DNA from: Lama glama | Taxonomy: Eukaryota | Assembly (NCBI GenBank): GCA_028534125.1 | Contig: CM052817.1 | Coordinates: forward strand, 19,904,001-19,968,000 | Direction of reading: 5' to 3' | Length of the DNA: 64,000 nt | Shown here: positions 13,111 through 26,640 of the stretch, piece after piece | Position numbering within the stretch: the stretch's first letter is position 1 | Layout: each line of letters starts with the position of its first letter | Notes under the pieces: model-generated | Databases searched by the model: none | The model's input: the letters and a program-made list of their open reading frames with translations, nothing else | What the model was told of the DNA's origin: nothing | Translations under genes and position numbers: made by a program

Positions 13111-13954
13111 TGATTTTTCTGGTTAGTGACTTCAAATTATTGAAAAACAGTATATTTTTGTCATTTCTTGATTGAGAATCACATGTTTATATTTGATATT
13201 TACTCAAATGTTGATATTCTTAAACACACTTCTGTTATGCCTCAAGAATTTTTAGTATTTTTTAGTTTACATGTTTTCTGAGTTTATCTGTGAGTAGGAC
13301 AGTTTCAAGAGAAAACCAAATTGAAATTAGGTATATTCATTTGGTATATTAAGTATCTCAAGGGAATGAATTTCTTTTAAAAATAATTCAAAATTAATGA
13401 CTAGTTTGAGAATCAAGTTTATATAGACCATATTGAAATTATGTATATTATACATATTTTGTGCTCATATAATTATATATATTCACTTTTGATTGTTTTG
13501 TTTTGATTTTCTATATTTCCCATTACATATAATATGTATGATTATATATAATATATAATTCCATCTATGAAGTTATATATAATAAGTTTATTACACATAA
13601 TTAACTTTAATACATAAAATTATATGTTGAAATATACTTTTGGTTGTTTTGATTGCCTGTGTTTGCTATATACCTTGGAACAAACAAATCAGGAGGATAT
13701 AATTTGAGATCATATGATGTAATAGATACTAAGGAAGGCATTTAAGTCAATCCATAAGGAAGTCATAAAGACATTAATGTGCACCCACTTCAACATGTGT
13801 CATACTGTAGGGAGAAATACTAACTATACAATAATTTTTAAAATGAAACACTTATTTGGTGTTTAATTTATAATGTTATTTCATAAATAACATTATAAAA
13901 ATATTATTTGTTGAACTATGTTTCCCTTGCACAAACTGCTTGAGACCATTTCTA

Positions 13955-14170
13955 GCAGTACAGTGTCACTAACAAAAATGTAGGCTCTGGAAGTGTAATG
14001 CCTGTGCACAGTTCATGTCAGCTACTCTCCAGATTTGTGTCACTTCACCTCATTTGTAAAATGGAAATAACCACAGTATATTCATAAATTGTTGTGAGGA
14101 GTCAATCTCCTCTCATTACGAATGCTGCCTAGCATGTGATTAAATTTCAAAAAGCATCAGTTATTATTAA
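13955..14170 (+). mobile_element. MIR SINE, degraded
   Basis: aggctctggaag, cctcatttgtaaaatggaaataa, ttgttgtgagga. Confidence 0.7.
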
Positions 14171-14280
14171 TAGTAGGAGCAGTAATAATACTACTATTCT
14201 TACTATAAATAGCAAAGTATTACATGAAATTTACAATAGCATAATTTTAAAATACCATTATAGCTAAAATTGCTGTTTTG

Positions 14281-14670
14281 ATTATTTATGTTTTTTTTAA
14301 TTTCAACATCCTTTTTAATGAGTTGCAGAACAAGATCTTCACAAAAAGACATTTGGAAATTTTGGAATTTGGTAGAGAAGAATTGGAGATATAAAGCAGT
14401 TTCTGGTCCATGATGATGGTGATACCTTTGTCCTGGCAGTTGGAGACATTCCTTCCTTAGACTCCGATTCTGCTGTCCAGGAGGAATTTCATGTTTGTTG
14501 GTCCCTGAGACGCTCACCCTATGGGCGTTTCTTCTTTGTTCCATGTCCTCCACGACCACATCTAAAGTTGTCATCATTGAGCTACATCCTCCTTGGGAGC
14601 TGAGTGATTTATGCAGCTTTTTTTTTCTGTTAGTACATGCTGGGGAGCTTGGCAGCTGTTTCACCATCAC
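14281..14670 (-). pseudogene. Probable processed pseudogene (retrocopy), parent not recognised
   Basis: On the minus strand: GC-richer mRNA-like body with a 155-codon open frame, then ATTAAA, an A-rich tail ~15 nt later, weak TSD gct(g/c)tttt and a tttt/aa site at ~14677-14682. Confidence 0.5.
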
Positions 14671-17600
14671 AAGCTCTTTTAAAATAGACCCATGATTTCT
14701 TCATCTACACAATTCTTTCAGCAGTACCATAAACATAGCTCTATTTGTTTTCAGGCAGACCCATCTGTCACATGAAAAGGCATAACAATATCACTTTGAA
14801 GCCTACATCATTTCCTCCCTTTCGTGCTCCCATGCTCCTCTGTCTCAACTTAATGTGGCAACACTGAGGTCAGTCTAGAATCAGCCTCTCTCCCTAGCTT
14901 GCTCACTTGCTATCTCTGATTTTGATATCTGCTTGAAAGCTAGTACATTCTCTCCTTAGCTCATCTTTCTTGTACTCATTGGTGAAGACAGAGAAGAATA
15001 CTTAAAACACATGGACATGAATTGCTATTTTAACTAGATGAAAAATAATTCAAATATTTTAAAACTAATCACAGGGGTACCATTTGTCTTCCTTTGAGTC
15101 AAATCTGAAAAAGAGGAATACCATAAAATAAGACAGTTGTCATGTACAAGTGGTCAAAACTGAACTTTTTAAAAGTTATTAATGGTCAAGGGTTATTAAA
15201 TATGTCAATGAATATATAACTTTATTCATATTTATACTTAGTTTTATAGGATGACCTTTTATTCTTTGTGGTCTGATGGCAGATTTATTAGTTATCTGTA
15301 ATGTTTAAATAATTTCAAGATTTTTAGGTCTTCTGTATTAACACAAAAGTGAAACTTCAGACATCAAACACACTTACATTTTTACGGCTAATTCTACTAA
15401 TTTAAAATATTGTTATTACCAGACACTTAAATTCTAGTTCAATTGATTTTTGAGGAATAGTTTCCATAACATTAATTCTTTGCTTTTAAAAAAAGTTCAT
15501 TTTCTTATTGTACAGATATATTTTAATTACTTTCTTCAAATTAGGTGGATACTTCATGATTATTATATTTACTTTTACAAAATTAGAAGTTTCATATTCT
15601 TATTTGCATCTTCCAATATCTAAATCACTAGTTTATATTCCATAAGTTTCAGAGACAAAATTTTATGGTGCTGTATGTACAAATTATACTAACAAATAAT
15701 TTTTGTCGAATTAGTTGTCTTTTTCATTCTAATACATTAATATTCCTTTCTTTACTAACTTGTTTGAGAAGCAAAATCTTATGCTAGCATACACAGAAGG
15801 CATGAAGGCTAAGAAGGTCTTTGAAGAATGTATTAAATTTTGAAAACTGACACTTTTGTAAAAACAACAAAGGCACCTTACATTTTTTACTTTAATAAGA
15901 GAAGGGATGATATTTTATTTTAGTTATGAAGGACTAATCACAATTATTATCCAACCAAATGCAGTAAAGTTCCTGTGTATCAACCATGGATATATAGCTG
16001 AATTAAAATGTTTCCTCATTCTGTGTGATAAAAAAAATAGTATCATAAAATTATTATAGCATAGATTTATCAAATGCATTTCTAATCTTAATGACCTTTG
16101 TGCTACGCATGGTAGGTATGTTTAATAAGCAAATATTTGGCTACCACCTACAAGCACATACTCTCCCATTGCTGGTTCCCTCCTAAACACTTTGTGAAGA
16201 AAGCAGAAAACCCTTGTTCTCACTTTTATTTGGTTAATGGAAAAATCATTCTTCATGGTGGGGGTGTTATTTATAGGTAGCCTTACTACCATATATTTAT
16301 TTATTAAATATATATTCCTATATTTATCATATATACTTTCTGAATTCAAGTGTTACTGTGTCTTTTTAAAAGAAACTTAAATTGCAAAACCATTCTATAA
16401 TTGAAAGTCATGATATAAAACTGATTTATTCAATAAATATTTTCAATGAAAGACAGTAGATCACAGTAAAAAATGTTAACTGTATAACTCAGTTCCATTG
16501 TTCTATAATAGTGATTATTAGCAGTTTGTTTCTGTGGCAAGAAATTGTGGGAAAAATCATATATACTGTACAATGACTATATTTTTAACAATAAATGATT
16601 AAATGAAACGCACGCTTTGATAACTTTGTCTTTTCAGGGGATGATGAACTGGGAGGGAACAACCCTACTGTAGAGTGACTTTCACACACTACTACTGCCA
16701 GAGTCATGCATGAGTGGGATGCACCTATTATAATTGGTGAAATTTGTTCAGGAATAGCTCTCAGCATGAAATGAGAAAGTTGATGGTTCACTGTAAGTGG
16801 GAACCAGAAGTGATTAAAAGATTTAATAACAAAGAGTCTAATTATGTTTAATTGTCTCTGCAAGTCAAAGAAGTCCTTTTGTGGATAGTGTTGCTCCCAC
16901 ATAAACACTGCTTTAGGTGAGTGGAACCTGAGTCCCTGAATGGAAGGTTATCGTGGGTCTTTATTTCTTCTAATATTTGTGCTCTCATGACTTCCCTTAA
17001 TGCCAGTCCCACAAAATGAATTAACTTATGATAGATGTTCCTAATGACTATTTCAATCTTCCTGGATGTACCTATACTGTCATATCCCAGACTTTTTTTC
17101 CCGTATCTGTCCCTTTATCATTGCACTAAGCCATGTCTTGATACCTTTTCAGCCTTTCTGACATTGTTTATCTGCACTCCCATCTATGGCTAATCATCTT
17201 GCTTCATGAATTCCAGGAGCTTCATTCTTCACCATCTCACTCTACTCCCCTTACTGGCTCTGGTCATACTCTAATGGACATGTATCCTTTCAGGACCCAG
17301 TTTTTTTTTTTCAGACTTGGCCATTTCACAAGGTACAAAAGGAGAAGCAAGAAACAAAGCAATTTGATGGCTGTGAGCACTGTAGACATTAGACAGGATT
17401 AGATTGAAAGGAATTAAATTCCTTATTCTAACTGCCACACCATCAGTAAAGAATCGTTATTTATAATTACAATTTTTTATCTAATCATTTCAGAAATGGT
17501 AAGATTGTGTGCTGAGATGTGTTTGCATTCACTATGTTGATTAATTCCCCCTTGTTAGAAAATGATGTTTATAACTTGGTAATAAGAGATAACAGTGAGA

Positions 17601-18349
17601 ATATGAGCTATTTAATAATATACTTCCTTTGCCTGACTTTATACCCAGATTAAGACTGGGTAATGAGAATATATTGCTAAAATGATAAGAGCATTACATC
17701 CTTCAAAATCTTGATGAACTCGATAAATATGATGTGAACTAGAAATTGTTAGCCATAAATGCTCACAGTAACATATTTGAAAAATACAATGTTGTCTATC
17801 TGAAAGTAATCAATTTTCTCCTCTATTGATTGTGAACACTGAATATCTAAAATTCAAACTTAGCTTGAGGGAAATCAATAAATATATTTCTATTTAATTA
17901 CACAAATAAACAGAATTGGTAAGAGAGTGGATGAGAGCGCCTCCCTCTAACCTCACTACATGACAGTTCCGTCTACAAATGGAAATTTTATTCCCTTTAA
18001 TTCATATACGCTTCCCAGAAGCCTCCATATTTCCCAGAATGTACATTAGAGCTCTCAAGTGTATCAACAATGATCTTTAAGCATTGCAAATTTTGATCTA
18101 GTTTTACTTTTCCAGATTTCTGGGAAAATGATTTCTCCAAAGTAATGGAGTATTTCATCTGAGACAATTTTGTTCTGAAACAAGATGAAAAAAATCTAAA
18201 TTAAAATGAGAGGAGGAGAAAACCATTACCAGATTTCCTAATGTCTTTCACCAGCCTTCAGCGAGTACAACATGAGGCTTCGTGTACCCTAGAAAGGGAT
18301 TCATGAAGACATGTGATCAACAGACGAAGAATGGAAATAAGACTTTCTT

Positions 18350-18975
18350 CCTGCTTTGGAATGAATGTTTGTATCCCCCAAAAATCCATGTGTTGAAACT
18401 CTAATCTCCAATGTAGGGCATTTGGAGCTGTGGCCTTTAGGAAGTAATTAGGTTTATATGAGTTCATGAGGGTGAAGGCCCCTTGATGGGATTAGTGGGA
18501 TTTTTTTGCATGTCTATGTAGGTTTTTAATTTAATTACTCATTTATTATTGAGGTGTATTTTTATTGAATATAGTCAGTTAACAATGTTGTGTGAATGTC
18601 TGATGTACAGCATAGTGATTCAGTTATATGTGTGTGTATACACACACACACACACACATATTCATTTTCATATTCTTTTTTCATTATAGGTTACTACAAG
18701 ATGTTGAATACAGTTCCCTGTGCTGTACAGAAGGAGCTTGTTTATTGGGACTGGTGTTCTTTATAAGAAGATGAAGAGCCCAGAGCTGTCTCTTCATCTG
18801 CCATGTAAGATCACAGCAAGAAGTTGATTGTCTGCAAACCAGAAAGTGGGCTTCCACCAGTCACCACATCTGCTGGCACCTTGATCTTAGACTTCCCAGC
18901 CTCCAGAACTGTGAGAGGTAAATGTTTATTATTTAATCCATCCACTTTATGGTCTTCATGTCCCAGATGACTAGG
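18350..18975 (+). mobile_element. MaLR LTR (MLT1A-like), interrupted by an L1
   Basis: tgaatgtttgtatcccccaaaaatccatgtgttgaaac; ctgctggcaccttgatcttagacttcccagcctccagaactgtgaga. Confidence 0.9.
18498..18745 (-). mobile_element. Cetartiodactyl-type L1 3' end nested in the MLT1A LTR
   Basis: ttttattgaatatagtcagttaacaatgttgtg, cagcatagtgattcagttata, acagttccctgtgctgtacag; diverged TSD tggga(t/c)t(a/g)gtg at 18487-18497 and 18746-18756. Confidence 0.88.
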
Positions 18976-19974
18976 AAACCTCCCTGCTGGTTATAAAAGA
19001 TGCAGTACTATGATTATTCAACCATATTATTTTTAAAAAGAGAATACAAGTACTAAACTAACAGTTTACTTTGTTCTCTATGCCTCACATTCAGTTCATT
19101 CAAACAACATTTGAAATCTTGATTTTTTTCCTATCATTCTGTACTTGATGTACTTCCGTCACATCAAGGCTTCAAGAAACAGAATAAGCAAAAATGTGTC
19201 TATAATTTAGTCTTCACTACACGGTTCACAGTTTAGAATTGGTCTCTCCCTTACTATTCAATAGAAAAATCTCCATTTCCTCCAGATAAAATATAATTTT
19301 CTACTTTTCACTGCTGACAATGTTTTCTCCATTAGTTAAAAAAAATGAGCATCCTTTCAGCTCTATTAATTTATTACTTATTTTGGACAAGTCAACAAAA
19401 TCTATCATTCTTGTTAATTTTGTGATACTCTTGAAAATGTAATGTGTATTTCTATTCCTCTTCTTTTAAATTGAAGATTATCTCATCCACCCTTCTCCTG
19501 TTTTTATTTATAAAGCAACTCTTAAATTTTACTTTCTCACTTCCTTACCTCTGAGGACATTTTTCAACTCAGTCTCACTAACTCTTATTTATTGGTTAAT
19601 AACTATGAACCAAAAACTCTATTAAGATGACAGGAATTCATAGTCATCAAAATAAAAGAGGATTACATTCATGAAGTACACGCTTGGGGTTGAGGAGGAG
19701 AGATATGAAAAAATCAGTTACCAAACTGATTAAAATACAACGTTTAAAAAAATAGTTAAAGAAAAACATCAAGAAGCAGAGTGACTGGAGTGGAATGCCA
19801 ACCTACAAAAATAAGGCTTCCTTTTTATTTTTTGAAGGTTTCCAATATAGCAGTGGTATAGCAGATATCTCTCCCCTTTATCTTCCTGCATAATGTATAT
19901 AAAATGGGAACAGGCAAACTACTTTGATAGGGAAAGTACAAGCCACGGAGGAAATAAACCAAGTTGAACAAAAG

Positions 19975-20100
19975 AGGTCATTAGGAGTCAGAAGAACTAC
20001 ATGCTGGCTAAACTTAGATCTGGCACTAGCATACTGATTTGCGCAAATCATTTGACCTCTTGATTCTATTTCTTAACTTGTCAAATGAGTAAGGTATTCT
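19975..20100 (+). mobile_element. MIR fragment
   Basis: taggagtcagaagaact, gcaaatcatttgacctct, tttcttaacttgtcaaatgag. Confidence 0.6.
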
Positions 20101-20929
20101 AGGTTAGTGTTTTCAAACTGTGCTCCACACAAGCCCTAAGTTTTGAAGCTGAATGTTGTTTTATTTGGGTGGTGATGGTGGTGGGCGGGGGATGATCAGT
20201 TTACCAGATAACCCTCTGACGTATGTCAGATTAGCTCTGTTTATAGATACTATATGTTTATTGTAGGCACTATATGTATACATTTAGCTGAAAACATTTC
20301 TAATGCTAAAGTAAAATCTTTATACCACTTTAAATTCTAATGTTCCATGATGCGATCACCTTCAGTATGAAGAGATCAGCGTGAGCATTTGCCTTTTGCC
20401 TCTGTTTTCCAAGTAACATCCACCACATTTCCTTACCTCTTTTACTACTAACCTACTGTGTGCTAACATTTTTAGCATAAAAATATTCCAAGAGTATGCT
20501 ACAAATTCTATCAATAGAGCAGATAATATGCTCTAATTTTCTTAGAAAAAAATCCTAAACTTGCACTCCCAGAGAAAACACAAAGATGTATTATCTGCAA
20601 AGGCTCAAAAAAATTCTTCAAGATGGAGGCAAGAGAAATATCTTTCCAGTCTTGACAACCTATATCATGAACAGCACAGACCTAGGAGTCAAGGTGGGAA
20701 GGGGTGGGGGTGGGGAGCAAGACGGCTGAAGAGTATAAAATAAACAAAAAAGAAAAGGAAAGTAGATATAGTTGACAGTCCAAATGATACTGACTCCACG
20801 TGTTAAGAAAGGCCATTAGAGGAAATTCTAAGTGTATTCTTGGTAAGATGTAGGAAAGACTGTATTCTTTTTGATGATGGACTTTACCTACATGTCCGTT
20901 CTGATATTTTGAACAAATATAGAAGGGCT

Positions 20930-22250
20930 ACAGATTTTTTGAGCATTCAGTAAACACTAACCAGGTACTATGATAGATAGACTGGCAATACAGCTATTAA
21001 AGGTATATTTGAATTCCACCCACAAAAGCTAATCATCTAGAACTGTGTGTTACATTAGCCACTAGCTTATATGGTTATTTTAAATTAAATTAATTAAAAT
21101 AAATAAGACTAGTAATGCAGTTTATTGGTCATACTATATGACTATATCAAAGGTTTACCAGTCATTTGTGGCCAGTACCTGCTGTTTTGAACAGCCCAGA
21201 TTATGGAATACTTCCATCATTACAGTAAGATATATTAAATATCAATGGAGTAAAAGACAATACAGGAATGAAATTCAAAGTTGCAGTTGTAATTAACACA
21301 TTAAAATAGAAAGATTGGACATTTGGGGAGTATGGTAGCTGTCTTAAGAGAATTTAATTTATCTGTAGCTGGTATGAGTAGGAAAAATAATATATAAAAA
21401 GAAATCTTCCTTAAGAAAATTATATTTCAGATAAAGCTAAAAGTACTAGGTTGTATACGATTGGGGTATAAAGATTAAATGGCAGTAGTATAAAATATCA
21501 CTGGAAGAGACAACAGAACATGCAGTTCTATAATTAGTGGACTCAACAAAGTAGAAGAGTGGCAAGAAATATTCCAAATCATCTTGGGGAATCAAGACTG
21601 TCAAAATTCAAGCATTTTACACTGTATCGGAAAAAGCACTCAAATGACTATAGAGATTAAATAGAGTAATGTCTAAACAGTATTATACCTTTAGAACTAT
21701 CTGTGGCAGTAAAGAATGTCTGGAGGTGGCGAAATACGGACTTGGAGGTTTTGTGAAAGGTAATTGCTTTACTCTGTTAGAAAAATAATGCTCCTTTCAT
21801 CAAAGATGATGAAAACTGTGACTGCAAGATTAATCTGAATTCCCAACAATTATTGAAAATTTGGATTTGGAAGGTGAGGGAGCAAAGGGCTGTCCAGCTG
21901 ATCCATTGACTGACAAGTATTTTAAGACACCAAGCTAGAATGGCATGTTACACAGCAATCATTAACTGATACAGTAATACTGAAATGGAGAGCAATAGAT
22001 GAAAGGTTTTTTGATAATTATTTAAATATATTGATCCTACATTGGAAATTTCTATCAGACTTTGAAATGTATGTCTTGTGTTAAGTGCTGGAAGTTGGAA
22101 GAAAGGTCTATTGTTCAAATATACATTTGAGAGATACTGTATGTAGAAAGTATTTGAAATCTTGGAGAGAGAATGAGATTTCCTAGGGAGAAAATGTAGC
22201 ATGAGAAGAGAAGCCCCAAAATAGAAGTCCTGAGCACCTTTAATACTTAA
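20930..22250 (-). mobile_element. Highly degraded L2 LINE remnants
   Basis: ttttgagcattcagtaaacact; purine-rich tract with attggatttggaaggtgaggga, gagaatgagatttcctagggaga, atgagaagagaag. Confidence 0.5.
21040..21248. mobile_element. MER3-like hAT-Charlie non-autonomous DNA transposon
   Basis: tagccactagc..atatggttatt, tgtggccagt, aatacttccatcattacag; atctagaa hAT-type target at 21035-21042. Confidence 0.75.
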
Positions 22251-25200
22251 TTGAAACTATGTTGTAGACCCTGGGTGGTCAATGTTCTTCAGAAAGCAGG
22301 CTTACCGTGAAGGAGCTACATTCCCATGGAAATAGTCACAGACCTCAAATCTTCATTCAAATGAAGAATGGAAGGCTGAAGGCACAGCAAGAAAGAAAAA
22401 GACCCAACTGAATATTTTTATTTTACATAAAAATTCTTATCAATGTCAAATTTATAGTATACTATTCAACAAATGCAAATGCTGCTAATTTCTGCTCTTA
22501 AATATAATAAAAGATTGTGACAAAAATGTAACTGCAATTTTTCAAGGGGAAGGAATCAACAGCTTTTATTTTAGCTTTGAATATTTTTAAATTTCCCTCT
22601 GGTTCTCTTGACCTCTTTTAGCTATCAGAAATTCATTCACTGATGATTATTTTAAAGGAAAGAAACCCATGATCTCTGCTTTAATATTTCTTAAGCACTT
22701 TCATTCCGCTTCTTTGTGAGCTAGAAAACCTTAAAGGCGACTCTTTGCCTGAGATTTACCATAAAAAAAGAAAGAAAAATAAAACTATTAAATGTTGAGA
22801 TGGCACAGTAAATGATGATGAAGTATTATCAGTTAAATTTTGAACTGTTCTTGAGAGCTAGAGCTTTCAAAAATATGTATTATGGAAAGAAGGAATATAA
22901 ATCAAATGTATGTGATTTATTTATGTAGAAATTTAAGCTTTATATAAAATAGGCTGTAAGGTGAACACATTTTGTCTTGATCTACAAGTTGAGGAAGTAT
23001 TCAATATCTTTATAGACAACAATGCAAATTAAAACAACCTAGATATATGGAATACCATATCATTGCATGAATTTTTATTTGAATATTCAATTACTTGATT
23101 ATTATTATTATTTTGAAATAATGATGAACTTAATTTAATAGTAAATTATTTTAAATTTTTATGTATCTTTTTAAAATACCAATCTATACTTTTAGTTGAG
23201 CACAAAATGGAATTCTTTGAGATGATTGCATTAGTTTCAAAGTGCATTTTTGGCACCTCAGAATGAAAATGTTTGCATATAATTGGATATTTCATGTATT
23301 GCCCTAAATCTCCTCCTTTGATTTTAAATTGCTTGCCTTTTAGCAAACATAACAGTTAACACTAGAGCAACAATTGATGTTGAACACTGAATTCTAAATA
23401 AAATTTTAAATTCTTGGGGAATTTAACTTGTGAGTATGATGAAAAGTGGACAGTGATTTTGCATATGTGAAGTGTGAGGGTGAAGGAGAAAGCTTTGCAA
23501 TGCTGTCTAAAGAGCTTCTATGTATTATTGTCAAAGGAATACATACATGCATAAATGAGAGTAATTATTTAATAGAAAATGGCATAGATGGAATATCAGT
23601 CACATATATATTCTTTAACTGTGACCTTTATAAAGATTTCAAAATAGATTGAGGTGAATACCTAAACCCACATCTTCTTAGCAGGACTATATAAACCATA
23701 TTCTATGTAGTTGTATCAATGATATTATTTAAAGATTTTATTCAGGGCTCTGATATTAATTTCCAAGTGATCTAATTGAACTACACTAAGAAATAGGCAA
23801 GGGAAAAAAATTTTATTAGATACAGGTATGTCTCTGAAAGCTTTGGGTTTTGTCCCTTATTTGACACAACTTATTTTTGCATCTTTTGGGGCAGTTATTA
23901 AGTTTTAATCTTTGCTTATTGTTATCTCAGATAAGAGCCTTTAAGAATGGAGCTTTGTATGGGAGTGTCCTCTTCCTTGCAGGATGCTCTCGGGTTGAGC
24001 ATGGACTCAGTTCTCCTCGGGTCTCCTCTGAGGCTCCAGTGTTTACCTATCCTCTCTTCACTTGGAAATTTGTTTTTGAAATGCAGTAAAATGGGGGGTA
24101 TTTAAAACTTTTTCTAAGCCACTTTATGTTTAGAGTTTCTTCTAAAAACAGATTATCAAATACATAGGGTCAAGAGCATTCAAAACATTCTGGGAATGCC
24201 ACTGGGGGAAAAAAAGTAAGTCCCTCCCTCAGAAACAGCTCAGGAAAATAGTTATTTAATAACTTTTTGCACAATATTACACAAAGTACACAAAATTATA
24301 ATATAATTTCATAAAATATGAGCTTGGTTGTTTTAAGGGAAATGTGTAGAAGGGATTTTCCAATGTCCCCTGACATCTCCATGTCATATAATACCTGACG
24401 GATTTTAAACTAAGCAATGTCACTAAAGCAAGTATAATGCTTCCATGGGTATAAGGTGAAGCTCAAGAATTATGTCTTTGACTGTGAGCAAAATTCAATT
24501 TTCTACCCTAATGGGCAGCTTAGACTGCCCTGCTCAGTGTAGAGGCTTTGTAGAATTTTTTTTTAATCAAAAATAGTAGCTGAAGAATAATAGATAAGAA
24601 TTAGTCTGGTCTTGGTTCTTTTACAATGGTAATTTGTGATAAACTACTTTGAGGTCTGCAGTCCAAATGAAATTCAGCTATGATGAGAAACAGTTGCTTT
24701 GAGTGTATTCCAAGTCCAATCAGCTTGTTTCTCTACATTTTGGTCATTTTCTAACTCAGTTACCAATTCCACAGCTTCATTGTCCAAACTGGCTTTCACT
24801 CTGTTTGTCAATCATGTTCACTTTTTTCTTCAGAGTTGCAGCTCATACTACTCCCATCACTCTGCTTCCCCCTACATCTTATTTCTTCTCTCACTTCTGC
24901 CAATTTTTCCACAGTTGCCCTCATTTGCACTATTTTAAATTACATTATGCATCTTTCCCTGAACTGTGACTAATAGAGCATTAAAATTATTTGTAAACTT
25001 TTTGTCTGATTTAAAATTACGAATCCCTTTTAAAAATTTGAATCATGGGATATTAAAACATTTTTTTCTTATTTGTTTATTATCTGTATTTAAAAGTACT
25101 AATTACCAAAATTGCTCTTCTGTGTGAAGGAAAAACAGTGTACAGTGCTCCGATTTTTTTTCACCCTGATTTTGAATCCTCTCCTGGAATAGCCAGTACA

Positions 25201-26640
25201 GTAAGGAATGGTTTACATCTTACCAGCTTTGTCCAATTCTTTTCAACTTCAGCCAGTTTTTTGAGTTACTGGAGGGAGTATTTACTTCCTCCAAGAAACA
25301 TCTTTGGAGAAAGAGAAGGAGAAGAATTTCAGGACGTCAGTAAAACTACTGGCATGAAGCACGTGAGCGTGACCCTTTGTGGAAAGATTACACTTGCTAT
25401 AAATAGAGTTTTACTCACGCTGACCAAATCATAGAAGGAGGAGCTACCAGTGACCTAGGTGATTTGGTTCAAGCTAAACATAACAGGCATCAGATCTAAT
25501 GCAGTCCCATATACTGTAGACCCTATGTTTTAGCATACAGTCTGCTACTCAGGGATGCTGGTTCATTAATTGGACAAGATTGAGCTTCTTTTACTATCAC
25601 ATTATTTGTGCTAATTATTGCAATGATACTTGCTGCAACAGATAAACCACAAACTCTGCAGTCAGTGAATACAATATCTTGCTCTTGTAAAGTGTAAAAC
25701 AGGTGCGGCATGACCAGTGGCGGGGGGGGGGGGCTCCCCTGTGAGCAGTGACTGAAAACAGCAGGGAACTTCCACCTGGTGGTTCCTCCACCCTCACCAT
25801 GTGGTTTCCATGTTTATCAAGATGGTTTGTATTAAGACTCAGAAAAGGAAAGAGCAAAATGTTAGGTTTTGGATGTCAGCCCACTTCATTTTGTTGGATC
25901 TCAGGTACAAATGGCTCAAGTTAAGTGCAAGAACCAGCAGGCAATTTAATCTAGCTGAATACCCCAAAAGAAGTGGGGGTGGTGAGCAGCTGGTTGCTCT
26001 GTGCCACAGCGTCTATAACTGCACAAGTGTTGGAAATGGAGAGAGAAAACTTATTGAACCCACACTCTGGGAAGGGTTATTTTTTTCCATAAAATATTTA
26101 GAAATAATTACTTATATAAATCATGTGGTTGAGTGACATTAGACACGTTTCATAAGATTAAGTAAAATTGGCCATTAAATTGAGTAGCGAGAACTTCAGG
26201 CAAGCCGCCAGCTAGGCAATCAGTTAATTCAACTTTTAAATGTAGTATGTTTGGAAAGAAGTGTTCAATGCTGATGTGTAGCCTCTGAGGAAATGCCTCT
26301 TTGAAAATATTAGCACTTGGCATAAAATCTCATGCATGTGTATGTGAAGGAGGCATCGGGGGCTGTGGGAGATTAGGACAGGGATGAATAGTAAATAAAT
26401 ACATTTAGCTCAAAATATTGATCTGGAAATATTGTAGAATGTCTATAAAATATTTTAAAATATGTGATTACATAATTAATTTTATTTCATGCTATCTTAT
26501 TGCTGTAATTTTCAAATCATTTCTAATGTAGAAAGAAACCACAGAATTGGGATCTAAGGGTAAATATCATTGCCTTATAACATTGGCTATTGACAGATAA
26601 GAGTAAATAATAAAGCCAGATAAATTCATAAAAATGGCAT

